Part shown: positions 29,538-38,556 of the stretch, in pieces
Position numbering within the stretch: the stretch's first letter is position 1
How the letters are laid out: each line of letters starts with the position of its first letter
DNA from: an uncultured Actinomycetota bacterium
Lineage (GTDB): Bacteria; Actinomycetota; Actinomycetes; Propionibacteriales; Nocardioidaceae
DNA length: 64,000 bases
Assembly: GCA_963740115.1 (NCBI GenBank)
Contig: CAVUCQ010000001.1
Span: 245,098 to 309,097 of the forward strand
Reading direction: 5' to 3'
Notes under the pieces: model-generated
The model's database searches: none
Told to the model about the DNA's origin: nothing
What the model saw: only the letters and a program-made list of their open reading frames with translations
Made by a program: the position numbers and the translations under genes

Positions 29538-30757
29538 GCCGGCGACCCGGTCAGCTCGGCCAGCACGTCGGCGAGGGCCTCGACCCCGGCGAGGCAGTCG
29601 GCCATCTCGGCGTGCTCGTCGGGAGAGTGCGAGACACCGGTGGGGTTGCGCACGAAGACCATGGCCGTGGGGATACCAGCAGCGGACAGGATCCCGGCGT
29701 CGTGTCCGGCCTGGGTCGCGATGACCGGCCAGTCGCCGAGCCGTGCGAGCCGCCCGGCGAGGTCGGGGTCGAAGGCCACCGATCCCGACACCGACTCGGG
29801 CGTCACGACCAGTGCGGTGCCGTCCCGACCGGCCCGCTCGGCGGCCTGGCGGGAGATGTCGGCGACCATGGCGGTGAGGGAGTCGTCGGAGGACGCGCGC
29901 GCGTCCAGCCACGCGGTCACGTGGGAGGGGACCGCGTTGGTGCCGTTGGGCTCGACCGAGATCCGCCCGAAGGTGGCCCGCTCGCCGGCCAGGCGGGCGC
30001 GCTTGTTGGCCGCCAGGGCGGTCATCGCATAGGTGAGCATCGGGTCGTGCCGGTCCTCCATGCGCGTGGTGCCGGCGTGGTTGGCCTGCCCCGCGAAGTC
30101 GAACCGCCAGCGGCCGTGCGGCCAGATCTCGCTGGCCAGCCCGACGGCGAGGCCGCGGTCGACCAGGTCGCGGCCCTGCTCGACGTGGAGCTCGACGAAG
30201 GTCGCGACCCCGTCCAGCGAGAGCAACCCCGCCGAGGGGTCCAGGCCCGCCGCGGACACCGCGTCGGCGAGGGGGATCCCGTCCCTGTCGCGCAGCTCGC
30301 GGGCCTCGCCCCACGTCGTGGCCCCGGCGACCAGCCGCGAGCCGAGGCAGGCCCGGCCGAAGCGCGAGCCCTCCTCCTCCACGAACACCGAGACGCCGAT
30401 CGGGCGGGACGGCTCGAAGCCGCGCTCGCGCAGGACGTCGATCGCGGCCATCGCGGACGCCACGCCCAGCGGGCCGTCGTACGCACCACCGTCGAGGACC
30501 GAGTCGAGGTGGGAGCCGGTGAGCACGCCGCCTTCTCCCGGCCGGCCGGACGCCGCGGCAGGCGTCCACCACGCGACCTGGTTGCCGATGCCGTCGGTCT
30601 CGACCTCGAGGCCGCGGGCCGCGCACTCGGCGGCGAACCACTGCCTCAGCTCGATCTCCGCCGAGGACCAGGGCTGACGGAAGTAGCCGCCGGACGAGGC
30701 CGAACGGCCGACCGGCGCCAGGTCTCGCCACATCTGCTCGAAGTCGGTCGGGGACAT
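29534..30757 (-). CDS. M20 family amidohydrolase (allantoate amidohydrolase / N-carbamoyl-amino-acid hydrolase-like), probable last step of the HutF branch
   Basis: The ATG at 30757 gives MSPTDFEQMWRDLAPVGR...VLTGSHLDSVLDGGAYDGPLGV...FVEEEGSRFG.... Confidence 0.8.
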   Translation of the reverse strand: MSPTDFEQMWRDLAPVGRSASSGGYFRQPWSSAEIELRQWFAAECAARGLEVETDGIGNQVAWWTPAAASGRPGEGGVLTGSHLDSVLDGGAYDGPLGVASAMAAIDVLRERGFEPSRPIGVSVFVEEEGSRFGRACLGSRLVAGATTWGEARELRDRDGIPLADAVSAAGLDPSAGLLSLDGVATFVELHVEQGRDLVDRGLAVGLASEIWPHGRWRFDFAGQANHAGTTRMEDRHDPMLTYAMTALAANKRARLAGERATFGRISVEPNGTNAVPSHVTAWLDARASSDDSLTAMVADISRQAAERAGRDGTALVVTPESVSGSVAFDPDLAGRLARLGDWPVIATQAGHDAGILSAAGIPTAMVFVRNPTGVSHSPDEHAEMADCLAGVEALADVLAELTGSPA

Positions 30758-30854
30758 GCCTGCAGTCCACCGGGATCCTCGACGCGGGTCAACGGACGGG
30801 CCCGGCAAGTCGTCTCGGATCCCAGACGACCGCGGAGGATGGGAGGCTGGAGGC

Positions 30855-31469
30855 ATGGAGTTCCGTGACGTCGTACGCCGGCGCCGGATGGTGCGCCGCT
30901 ATGCCGCCGACCCCGTGGACCCGGCGGTCGTCGACCGGATGCTCGAGCACGCCCAGCGTGCACCCACCGCCGGCTTCAGCCAGGGGTGGGCGTTCCTGGT
31001 GCTCGACACCCCGGCGGACCTCACGCTGTTCTGGGAGTCGACAGGGGCCGACCCCGCCACCCACAACGCCTGGCTCGACGGGATGCGCACGGCACCGGTG
31101 GTCATCGTCCCGCTGGCGTGCAAGGACGCCTACCTCGACCGCTACGCCGAGCCCGACAAGGGCTGGACCGACCGGGACGAGGGCCGGTGGCCGGTGCCCT
31201 ACTGGTACGTCGACACCGGCATGGCCGCCCTGCTGGTGCTCCAGACGGCCGTGGACGAGGGGCTCGGCGCCTGCTTCTTCGGCATCCCGGCCGAGCACGT
31301 CGACGGCTTCCGGGTCGCGTTCGGCGTCCCCGCGGACCACATGCCGATCGGCGCGATCACGGTCGGCCACCGGGTCGCCGACGCCGGCGCGGCCGGGTCA
31401 CCGGCGCGACGCGAGCGGCGCAGCGATCTCGTCCACCGCGGTCGATGGGGCACTACGGTCACCCCATGA
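30855..31469 (+). CDS. nitroreductase family protein
   Basis: Translation: MEFRDVVRRRRMVRRYAADPVDPAVVDRMLEHAQRAPTAGFSQGWAFLVL.... Confidence 0.8.
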   Translation: MEFRDVVRRRRMVRRYAADPVDPAVVDRMLEHAQRAPTAGFSQGWAFLVLDTPADLTLFWESTGADPATHNAWLDGMRTAPVVIVPLACKDAYLDRYAEPDKGWTDRDEGRWPVPYWYVDTGMAALLVLQTAVDEGLGACFFGIPAEHVDGFRVAFGVPADHMPIGAITVGHRVADAGAAGSPARRERRSDLVHRGRWGTTVTP

Positions 31470-32809
31470 CCGCACGAGTCGTGGGTGCCCTGCAGGCCCT
31501 CGTCCGCATCCCGACCGTCTCCGACCGTGACCCGGCGCGGGTCGACCGCGACGCCTTCGACCTCCTGCTGGCCGAGCTGGCGCGCCACTTCCCGCTGCTG
31601 CACGAGCGGCTCGACCTCACCCGTGTCGGCACCCACGGCCTGCTGTTCCGCTGGGCGGGGACGAGCGACGAGCGGCCCGCCGTGCTCATGGCCCACCTCG
31701 ACGTCGTACCGGTCGACGCGCAGGCGCCGTGGCAGCACGAGCCCTTCGGCGGCGAGGTGCACGACTCCCCCGTCGGTCCGGCGATCTGGGGCCGCGGCAC
31801 CCTCGACGACAAGGGGTGCGTGGCCGGGATCTGCGAGGCCGTCGAGTCGCTGCTCGAGGCCGGGCACACACCCGCGCAGGACGTCTGGCTGTCCTTCGGC
31901 TGCGACGAGGAGGTCAGCGGCACCGCCGCCGTCGAGGCGGTCGGCATCCTCCGCGACCGGGGTGTCACTCCGTGGCTGGTGCTCGATGAGGGAGGCGCCA
32001 TCGCCGGTGGAGCCTTCCCGGGTGTCGCGGCTCCCCTCGGGGTCATCGGCGTCACGGAGAAGGGGACCACCTCGCTCGAGCTGGTCGCGGAGGGGCGCGG
32101 TGGCCACGCCTCGACCCCGGCCAGGAACGGTCCCACCGCCCGCATCGCCCGCGCGATCCTGCGGATCGAGAAGTCGCCGTTCCCTGCGTCCGCGCCCGCC
32201 CCCACCCTCGAGCTGGTGCGGCGTCTCGCACCCCACGTCCCGGCGCGGCTGCGCCCCGTGCTCACGCCGCTGCTGGGGCGCGCCGACCGGCTCGCACCGG
32301 TGGTCACCCGGGCGCTGCTCCTCGCCGGCCCCGAGGCCGCCGCCATGACGCGTACGACGGTCGCGGCGACGACCCTCAGCGGATCGCCGGCCCTCAACGT
32401 GATCGCCTCGACCGCCAAGGTGGGGCTCAACATCCGGATCATGGTCGGCGACACCGTCGCGGGTGTCGTCGAGCACGTCCGCAGGGCGGTCGACGACGAC
32501 TCGATCCGCATCGACGTGGTCGAGTCGGGCGAGCCCTCGCCCGTCTCGCCCATGGACGAGGCCTTCGAGCTGCTCGAGGACTGCATCGGCGAGGTCTTCC
32601 CCGAGGCCGTCGCGACGCCCTACGTGATGATGGCCGCCACGGACTCGCGCCACTTCACCGCGATCAGCGAGCACGTCTACCGCTTCGCCCCCTTCCGGAT
32701 GACCAAGGCGCAGCGCCAGGCCATCCACTCCTACGACGAGCACATCGGCGTCGCCGACCTGCTCGACGGCGCACGCTGGTACCAGCTGCTGATCGAGAGG
32801 CTGCCCGCA
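31466..32809 (+). CDS. M20/M25/M40 family peptidase (homology-supported part; no in-frame stop until 34339)
   Basis: The ATG at 31466 overlaps the upstream stop (ATGA). Motifs: ...VLMAHLDVVPVD...WGRGTLDDKGCVAG...SFGCDEEVSG...LDEGG.... The conserved sequence ends at ...GARWYQLLIERLPA (~32809). The frame then reads on as Arg-rich junk across the whole MFS gene (track ORF 30986..34339). Confidence 0.8.
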
Positions 32810-32855
32810 TCGATGCACCGGATCACCCACCTCCGCGCCTGCCTCCCACACGGCC

Positions 32856-34295
32856 GTGAAGGGACTCGCCGCGATCGTCGGGTTCCTCGTCCTGGTCGAG
32901 TTCGCCAGCGGCATCCTGCAGGGCTACTACACGCCGATCTACCCGCAGATCGCCGAGCACCTCTCGATCAGCGAGGGCGACATCAACTGGTTCGAGGCGG
33001 CGCAGCTGATCGTCAGCGCGCTGTGCATCCCGCTCCTCGCGCGGCTCGGCGACCTCATCGGCCACAAGCGGGTGCTGCTCATCTCGACCGCCGTCACCGC
33101 GCTCGGCTCGTGGTGGCTCGCCTTCGCCCCCGGCTTCTCGACGTTCCTCATCGGGTGGGCGATCCAGGGCGCCTACGTCGTGTGGCTGCCGCTGGAGATC
33201 GCGATCGTCCACCGCCGCACCCGCGACTCGGGCCGGCAGGAGCTGCTCACCCGTCGCGGCGCCGCGATCCTGGTCGGCTCGCTCGAGCTGGCCGTCATCG
33301 TCGGAGCGGTGACCAGCGGCATCCTCGTCGAGTCCCTGGACATGAACGTCCTGCTCGCGATTCCCGCGCTCGTCGTGACCGCCGTCTTCTTCGTGATCCT
33401 GTTCGGGATCGAGCAGGCGCCCGGGGAGGACAGCGGCGGCGGCATCGACTGGACGGGCCTGGGGCTCATCACCGTCGCCCTCAGCGTGCTGATGGGCGGT
33501 CTGGTGTGGCTCCGGCTCGACGGCCCGGGTTCGGTGAGCGGCTGGCTGACGATCATCGTCGCCCTCGTCGTCTTCGCCGCCTTCTGGCGGTTCGAGCAGC
33601 AGCACCCCGAGCCGATCGTCGACGTACGCCTGCTCTCCACCCCGGCGCAGTGGCCGGTGCAGGTGACCGCCTTCCTCTTCGGCATCCCCGTGCTGGCCGG
33701 GCAGATCCCGCTGTCGACCTACGCGCAGGCCGACCCGGCCGAGCGCGGCTACGGTCTCGGCGCCGACCCCGCCTTCATCTCGACCCTGATCGGGCTCTAC
33801 GTCGTCACGCTCGCCATCGGCGCCTTCACCCTGCCGCTGACCACCCGCCTGCTCGGCGGCGTACGTCGTGCGCTGGTCGTCGCGTGCGTGCTGGTCGGCG
33901 TGGGCTACCTGCTGTGGCTGCCGTTCCACGACCACACCTGGCAGGCGCTGATCAACATGGCGATCGCCGGTCTCGGCTCGGGCGCCCTCGTCGCAGCCCT
34001 CCCGGCGGCCGCGGCCGCCGCCGCTCCCCCGGAGCGCACCGGCATCGCGACCGGCATGACCAACGGCACCAAGACCGTCGGGGGTGCGATCGCCTCCGCC
34101 GTCTTCGCGATCGCGCTGACCGCGACCGGCTCGCTGGACGCGACCGCCGAGAAGGTGGCCCCGCTGAGCGGCTACCTGACGGTCTGGGCGGTCTGCGCCG
34201 GCGCCGCCTTCCTCGCCGCGCTGGTCCTGCTCGCCGCCCCGAAGCACGCGTTCTCCGACGCGGCGGAGGTCATCGACGACGCGCTGCCCCTCTGA
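32856..34295 (+). CDS. MFS transporter (14-TMS drug:H+ antiporter-like)
   Basis: 479 aa, GTG start. N-terminus: KGLAAIVGFLVLVEFASGILQGYYTPIYPQIAEHL.... Multiple hydrophobic segments. Confidence 0.85.
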   Translation: MKGLAAIVGFLVLVEFASGILQGYYTPIYPQIAEHLSISEGDINWFEAAQLIVSALCIPLLARLGDLIGHKRVLLISTAVTALGSWWLAFAPGFSTFLIGWAIQGAYVVWLPLEIAIVHRRTRDSGRQELLTRRGAAILVGSLELAVIVGAVTSGILVESLDMNVLLAIPALVVTAVFFVILFGIEQAPGEDSGGGIDWTGLGLITVALSVLMGGLVWLRLDGPGSVSGWLTIIVALVVFAAFWRFEQQHPEPIVDVRLLSTPAQWPVQVTAFLFGIPVLAGQIPLSTYAQADPAERGYGLGADPAFISTLIGLYVVTLAIGAFTLPLTTRLLGGVRRALVVACVLVGVGYLLWLPFHDHTWQALINMAIAGLGSGALVAALPAAAAAAAPPERTGIATGMTNGTKTVGGAIASAVFAIALTATGSLDATAEKVAPLSGYLTVWAVCAGAAFLAALVLLAAPKHAFSDAAEVIDDALPL

Positions 34296-34301
34296 GGTGG
34301 G

Positions 34302-35078
34302 TCAGGCCTCGGCCCCGGGGCGCTGCTCCGGCTCGCTGAACGGCGAGCGGGGGCGCTCCTGCAGCACGCCGTCGACGGTCAGGTCGACCAGCTCGTTGTA
34401 GAACGCCACCCGGTCCCGGATCGCCCCGACCGCGGGCGCCGGTGCGGAGTAGGACCACGCCACGTTGGCGACGGCCGGCGGGCCGGACCACGTCCAGTAG
34501 CCGTCGGCCCGGCCCTTGTAGGGGCACACCGAGGTGTTGTCCGTGGCCTCGAGCAGGTCCAGCCGTACGTCCTCGCGAGGCAGGTAGTAGCGCGTCGGGA
34601 GGTCCGTCTCGAACAGCAGCACCGGACGATCGCTGCTGGCCACCGTCGTGCCGCCCACGACCACCTCGACGTGGCGCGAGCTCGGCAGCGCCTCGACGCG
34701 CTTGTGCGGGTCGCGGGGATGGCCGGTCACCGCCTCGTCCTCCTCCGTCCACTCGAGCCGTCCCGGCTCCCACGTGAGCACGACCCGGTCACGGAGCGCG
34801 TCGTCGTCGAGGGTCCAGGCGGCGCAGCGTTCGACGTGCCCGCCCGACGTGACGTCGTACCACTGCGTCACCGGGAGCTGCGGGGCGAAGAACGAGAACC
34901 CGCCCGCCGTCGGCGCCTCGGCCGGCTGGAGCACGCCGTCGGCGACCTCGTCGAGGCGGAACGCGTAGACCGGCGGGAAGGGTCCTTGCCACACCAGCAG
35001 CGGCTCGCGCGACTCCACCACCACCCGGCCGTCGACACGACCGCGGACCCACTTGTCGATCGGCTCGGTCCGGACCAT
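34302..35078 (-). CDS. tandem DUF427 domain protein
   Basis: Translation: MVRTEPIDKWVRGRVDGRVVVESREPLLVW... and a second copy ...VEVVVGGTTVASSDRPVLLFETDLPTRYYLPREDV...CPYKGRADGYW. Confidence 0.75.
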   Translation of the reverse strand: MVRTEPIDKWVRGRVDGRVVVESREPLLVWQGPFPPVYAFRLDEVADGVLQPAEAPTAGGFSFFAPQLPVTQWYDVTSGGHVERCAAWTLDDDALRDRVVLTWEPGRLEWTEEDEAVTGHPRDPHKRVEALPSSRHVEVVVGGTTVASSDRPVLLFETDLPTRYYLPREDVRLDLLEATDNTSVCPYKGRADGYWTWSGPPAVANVAWSYSAPAPAVGAIRDRVAFYNELVDLTVDGVLQERPRSPFSEPEQRPGAEA

Positions 35079-35140
35079 CCGTCCAGTGTGCCTTCGCAGC
35101 GACCCTTCAGCCATCCCCCTGACGCGCCTAGGCTGGACGC

Positions 35141-35716
35141 ATGGCCGAGCGAGACGACCAGGACCGACCCCGACGTCCGCACCGCGCGCAGGAGCGCGAC
35201 GACCGCACCGGACGGTCGGCGGCCGCGGCGCGCATCGCCCAGCAGGCGACCTGGGTCGACCTGCAGGTGCGCCAGGCGATGGAGCGCGGGGAGTTCGACG
35301 ACCTGCCCGGCACGGGGAAGCCGATCGAGGACCTCGGCGTCGAGCACGACCCGGACTGGTGGGTGAAGAAGCTCATCGAGCGCGAGAACATCGCGATCCT
35401 GCCCCCGGCCCTGGCGCTCCGCAAGGAGGACGCCGAGCTCGACGCGCGGCTCGACGCGATCAACGTCGAGTCGGAGGTGCGCCGCGAGGTCGAGGAGTTC
35501 AACGCCCGCGTCCGCAAGGCGATCTACACCCCGCCCGTCGGCCCGTCCGGCCCTCCGGTGATCACCCAGCAGCGCGACGTCGACGCCGAGGTCGAGGCGT
35601 GGCGCGAGCGGCGTACGGCTCGCATCGAGGCGCAGCGGGCGGCCCGGGCGAAGCGGGAGGCGGACGAGCCAGACGCCCGACCACGCCGGGGCTGGCGCAG
35701 GCTCTTCGGACGCTGA
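35141..35716 (+). CDS. DnaJ-like DUF1992 family protein
   Basis: Motif: ...VRQAMERGEFDDLPGTGKPIEDLGVEHDPDWWVKKLIERENI.... Confidence 0.75.
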   Translation: MAERDDQDRPRRPHRAQERDDRTGRSAAAARIAQQATWVDLQVRQAMERGEFDDLPGTGKPIEDLGVEHDPDWWVKKLIERENIAILPPALALRKEDAELDARLDAINVESEVRREVEEFNARVRKAIYTPPVGPSGPPVITQQRDVDAEVEAWRERRTARIEAQRAARAKREADEPDARPRRGWRRLFGR

Positions 35717-35778
35717 GCCCGAGGTTCCAGCCCTTTTCGTCGGGTTCCTGCCCGTTGCAACGGTCGAGAACCTCGGGA

Positions 35779-35798
35779 ATCACCGGGTACCCGGTGAT
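35779..35798. repeat. perfect 20-nt palindrome ATCACCGGGTACCCGGTGAT
   Basis: Seen directly in the 450-nt intergenic region. It is preceded by a 10-bp inverted repeat, CCCGAGGTTC (35718-35727) and GAACCTCGGG (35768-35777). Confidence 0.8.
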
Positions 35799-35801
35799 CG
35801 C

Positions 35802-35897
35802 CACCGAGCCGACGCCACCGCGTCATCGCCACCGAGCCGACGCCACCGCGTCATCGCCACCGAGCCGACGCCACCGAGCCGACGCCACCGCGTCGCC
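35802..35897. repeat. 28-nt tandem repeat, ~3.4 copies (CACCGAGCCGACGCCACCGCGTCATCGC)
   Basis: Copies are at 35802-35829 and 35830-35857. A half copy sits at 35858-35871 and a variant copy at 35872-35897. Confidence 0.85.
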
Positions 35898-36165
35898 CGC
35901 CCCGCCGATGCCCCGGACCTGGCCGAGGCCTGCCGCCTCTCCGACGCCGACCCCGTCCGTCCTCGCCGGGCGACTGACCTACGACGCGATGGCGTGGTGG
36001 GTCGGTGCCGGCTCGCTGGCCTTCCCGCTCGTCCCGGGGCGGGTCGGGGACCGGCGCAGGATGGAGGCCCGAGACTCGATTCCCACGATTGGGCGATGAC
36101 GTCGAGGCGACTTCGTGACTAGCGTGGTGGATGACGCAGACCCTCGAAGGGACGAGGTGGTTCAG

Positions 36166-36522
36166 ATGTCCGAAGCAGCATTGTTCGTCGGGTGGGGCCA
36201 ACCGGTGCGCGGGCGGGAGAAGCGCTCCCTCGACGTGTTCAACGACGCCGCGACCTACTACGGCGAACGCGTGGCGGACGGCTCGATCGACAGCTTCGAG
36301 CCCGTCCTGCTCAACCCCCATGGGGGTGACCTCCAGGGGTTCTTCCTGATCAAGGGCTCGGCCCAGGGGCTGGCCACGATGGCGGCCAGCGAGGAGTTCC
36401 AGCGTCTCCACCTGCGTGCCGGGATGATCGTGGAGAACCTCGGGATCATCGATGCGTGGGTCGACGACGGCGTGCTCACCCAGCTCGGCTACTTCAGCGA
36501 CGCCGCGGGCGAGTTCGGCTGA
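36166..36522 (+). CDS. hypothetical protein (118 aa)
   Basis: The ATG at 36166 follows GACGAGG. Translation: MSEAALFVGWGQPVRGREKRSLDVFNDAATYYGERVADGSIDSFEPVLLNPHGGDLQGFFLIKG.... I recognised no family. Confidence 0.5.
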   Translation: MSEAALFVGWGQPVRGREKRSLDVFNDAATYYGERVADGSIDSFEPVLLNPHGGDLQGFFLIKGSAQGLATMAASEEFQRLHLRAGMIVENLGIIDAWVDDGVLTQLGYFSDAAGEFG

Positions 36523-36570
36523 GACCTGCGCCATACGCGCGCGCGGCCGGCGCGCGATAAGTTCGCGCGC

Positions 36571-37659
36571 ATGCGCCCTGCCAAGGACTTCTTCGCCCCG
36601 CTCGCCGTCGGAGCGCCCGCGCCGCTGCGCGACATCCCGGCCCGACCGAGCCGGGCGATCCACTTCTTCGATCCCGGCAACGAGAAGATGGCGGCCAAGG
36701 TGCCCGCCATGGTCGGCACCGTCGACGTGCTCCTCGGCAACCTCGAGGACGCGGTCAAGGCGGAGAACAAGGAGAAGTCGCGCCAGGGCCTCGTCGACAT
36801 CGCGAGGTCGACAGATTTCGGGCCCACCCAGCTCTGGACTCGGATCAACTCCCTCGACAGCCCGTGGGTGCTCGACGACCTGACCACGCTGGTGCCGGAG
36901 ATCGGGCACAAGCTCGACGTGGTCATGGTGCCGAAGGTCCAGGGCGCCGAGGACATCCACTACGTCGACCGGCTCCTCGCCCAGCTCGAGGCGAAGGCCG
37001 GCCTCACCCGCCCGATCCTCGTCCACGCGATCCTCGAGACCGCCCGCGGCGTGGCCAACATCGAGGAGATCTGCGCCGCCAGCCCGCGCATGCAGGGCCT
37101 CTCCCTCGGACCCGCCGACCTCGCCGCCGACCGCCGGATGAAGACGACCCGCGTCGGCGGCGGCCACCCCGGCTACCTCGTCCGGCAGGACGCGCCCAAG
37201 GTCGACGGCGAGACGCAGTACGACGCCGAGCGGACGACCTACCAGCAGGACCTGTGGCACTACACGATCGCGCGCATGGTCGACGCCTGCGCCATGCACG
37301 GGATCTACCCCTACTACGGGCCGTTCGGGGACATCTTGGACACCGTCGCGTGCGAGGACCAGTTCCGCAACGCGTTCCTCCTCGGCTGCGTCGGCGCGTG
37401 GTCGCTGCACCCGGTGCAGATCACGATCGCCAACAAGGTCTTCTCCCCCAGCGTCGAGGACGTGACCCACGCCCGCCGCGTGATCGCGGCGATGGGTGAC
37501 GGCACGGGCGCGGTCATGATCGACGGCAAGATGGAGGACGACGCCTCGGTCAAGCAGTGCCAGGTGATGGTCGCGCTCGCCGAGGAGCTCGCCGCCATCG
37601 ACCCCGAGCTCAAGGCGCGGTACGACGCGATCCCCGACCAGCGTGGCCCGGAGGCCTGA
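36571..37659 (+). CDS. HpcH/HpaI aldolase/citrate-lyase family protein (malyl-CoA lyase-like)
   Basis: 362 aa. Motifs: ...VDVLLGNLEDAV...VMVPKVQGAEDI...AILETARGVANIEEI...GLSLGPADLAAD...GAWSLHPVQI.... Confidence 0.8.
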   Translation: MRPAKDFFAPLAVGAPAPLRDIPARPSRAIHFFDPGNEKMAAKVPAMVGTVDVLLGNLEDAVKAENKEKSRQGLVDIARSTDFGPTQLWTRINSLDSPWVLDDLTTLVPEIGHKLDVVMVPKVQGAEDIHYVDRLLAQLEAKAGLTRPILVHAILETARGVANIEEICAASPRMQGLSLGPADLAADRRMKTTRVGGGHPGYLVRQDAPKVDGETQYDAERTTYQQDLWHYTIARMVDACAMHGIYPYYGPFGDILDTVACEDQFRNAFLLGCVGAWSLHPVQITIANKVFSPSVEDVTHARRVIAAMGDGTGAVMIDGKMEDDASVKQCQVMVALAEELAAIDPELKARYDAIPDQRGPEA

Positions 37660-37660
37660 G

Positions 37661-38527
37661 ATGACCGACTTCACGCCCCTCCGCTCCGTCCTCTACATGC
37701 CGAGCTCCAACGAGCGTGCGCTCGAGAAGGCCAGGACCATCGCGTGCGACGGTCTGATCCTCGACCTGGAGGATGCCGTCGCCCCCGACGCCAAGCCGGC
37801 CGCGCGCGAGGCGGCGGCGGTCGCGGCGGCCAGCGGCGACTACGGCCGGCGTACGGTCACCATCCGCGTCAACGGCATCGGCACCCAGTGGCACGACGAC
37901 GACATGGTCGCCGCCAGCCAGGCCGGTCCGGCCGCGATCGTCGTGCCCAAGGTCGGCAGCGCGGCCGAGGTGCGGCAGCTCGTCGCCGCCATGGAGAAGG
38001 CCGGCGCGCCCGACCACACGGCCCTGTGGGCGATGGTGGAGACCCCCGGCGCGATCCTGGACGCCCTGGCCATCGCCCGGGCGTCCGAGCGCCTCGGCGC
38101 CTTCGTCCTCGGCACCAACGACCTGGTCAAGGAGCTGTACGCCGAGCACGTCCCCGGCCGGGCGCCGATCCTGCCCAGCCTGCACACCGCGCTGCTGGCG
38201 GGACGGGCGGCGGGCATCGCCGTGATCGACGGGGTCTACAACGACGTCAAGGACACCGACGGCTTCCTCGCCGAGTGCGAGCAGGGCCGCCAGATGGGGT
38301 TCGACGGCAAGACGCTGATCCACCCGGGGCAGGTGGAGGGCGCCAACGCCGCGTTCGCGCCGAGCGAGCAGGCGGTCGAGGACGCCCGCGGGCTGGTCGC
38401 GGCCTGGGAGGACGGACAGGGGGCCGGAGTGGTGACCTACAACGGTCGCATGGTCGAGAGCCTGCACGTCGAGTCGGCCCGCCGCACGCTCTCGGTCCAC
38501 GACGCGATCACCGCCCGGGGCCGGTAG
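37661..38527 (+). CDS. CitE-like acyl-CoA lyase (citrate lyase beta / citramalyl-CoA lyase family)
   Basis: Translation: MTDFTPLRSVLYMPSSNERALEKARTIACDGLILDLEDAV...IVVPKVGSAAEV...MVETPGAI...GFDGKTLIHPGQV. Confidence 0.85.
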   Translation: MTDFTPLRSVLYMPSSNERALEKARTIACDGLILDLEDAVAPDAKPAAREAAAVAAASGDYGRRTVTIRVNGIGTQWHDDDMVAASQAGPAAIVVPKVGSAAEVRQLVAAMEKAGAPDHTALWAMVETPGAILDALAIARASERLGAFVLGTNDLVKELYAEHVPGRAPILPSLHTALLAGRAAGIAVIDGVYNDVKDTDGFLAECEQGRQMGFDGKTLIHPGQVEGANAAFAPSEQAVEDARGLVAAWEDGQGAGVVTYNGRMVESLHVESARRTLSVHDAITARGR

Positions 38528-38556
38528 CAGGTCCGAAAGTCGCGTGCCTGGTGTCG

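Noticed and set aside
30986-34339. Single 1117-aa protein
   Set aside because: It is a composite. An out-of-frame stretch over the nitroreductase gene is followed by the genuine M20 peptidase (31466 to ~32809). An out-of-frame read of the MFS gene then follows. It is not a real multidomain protein.
35851-37674. 607-aa minus-strand ORF
   Set aside because: It is antisense to the malyl-CoA-lyase-like gene and the hypothetical gene, and shows no recognisable motifs.
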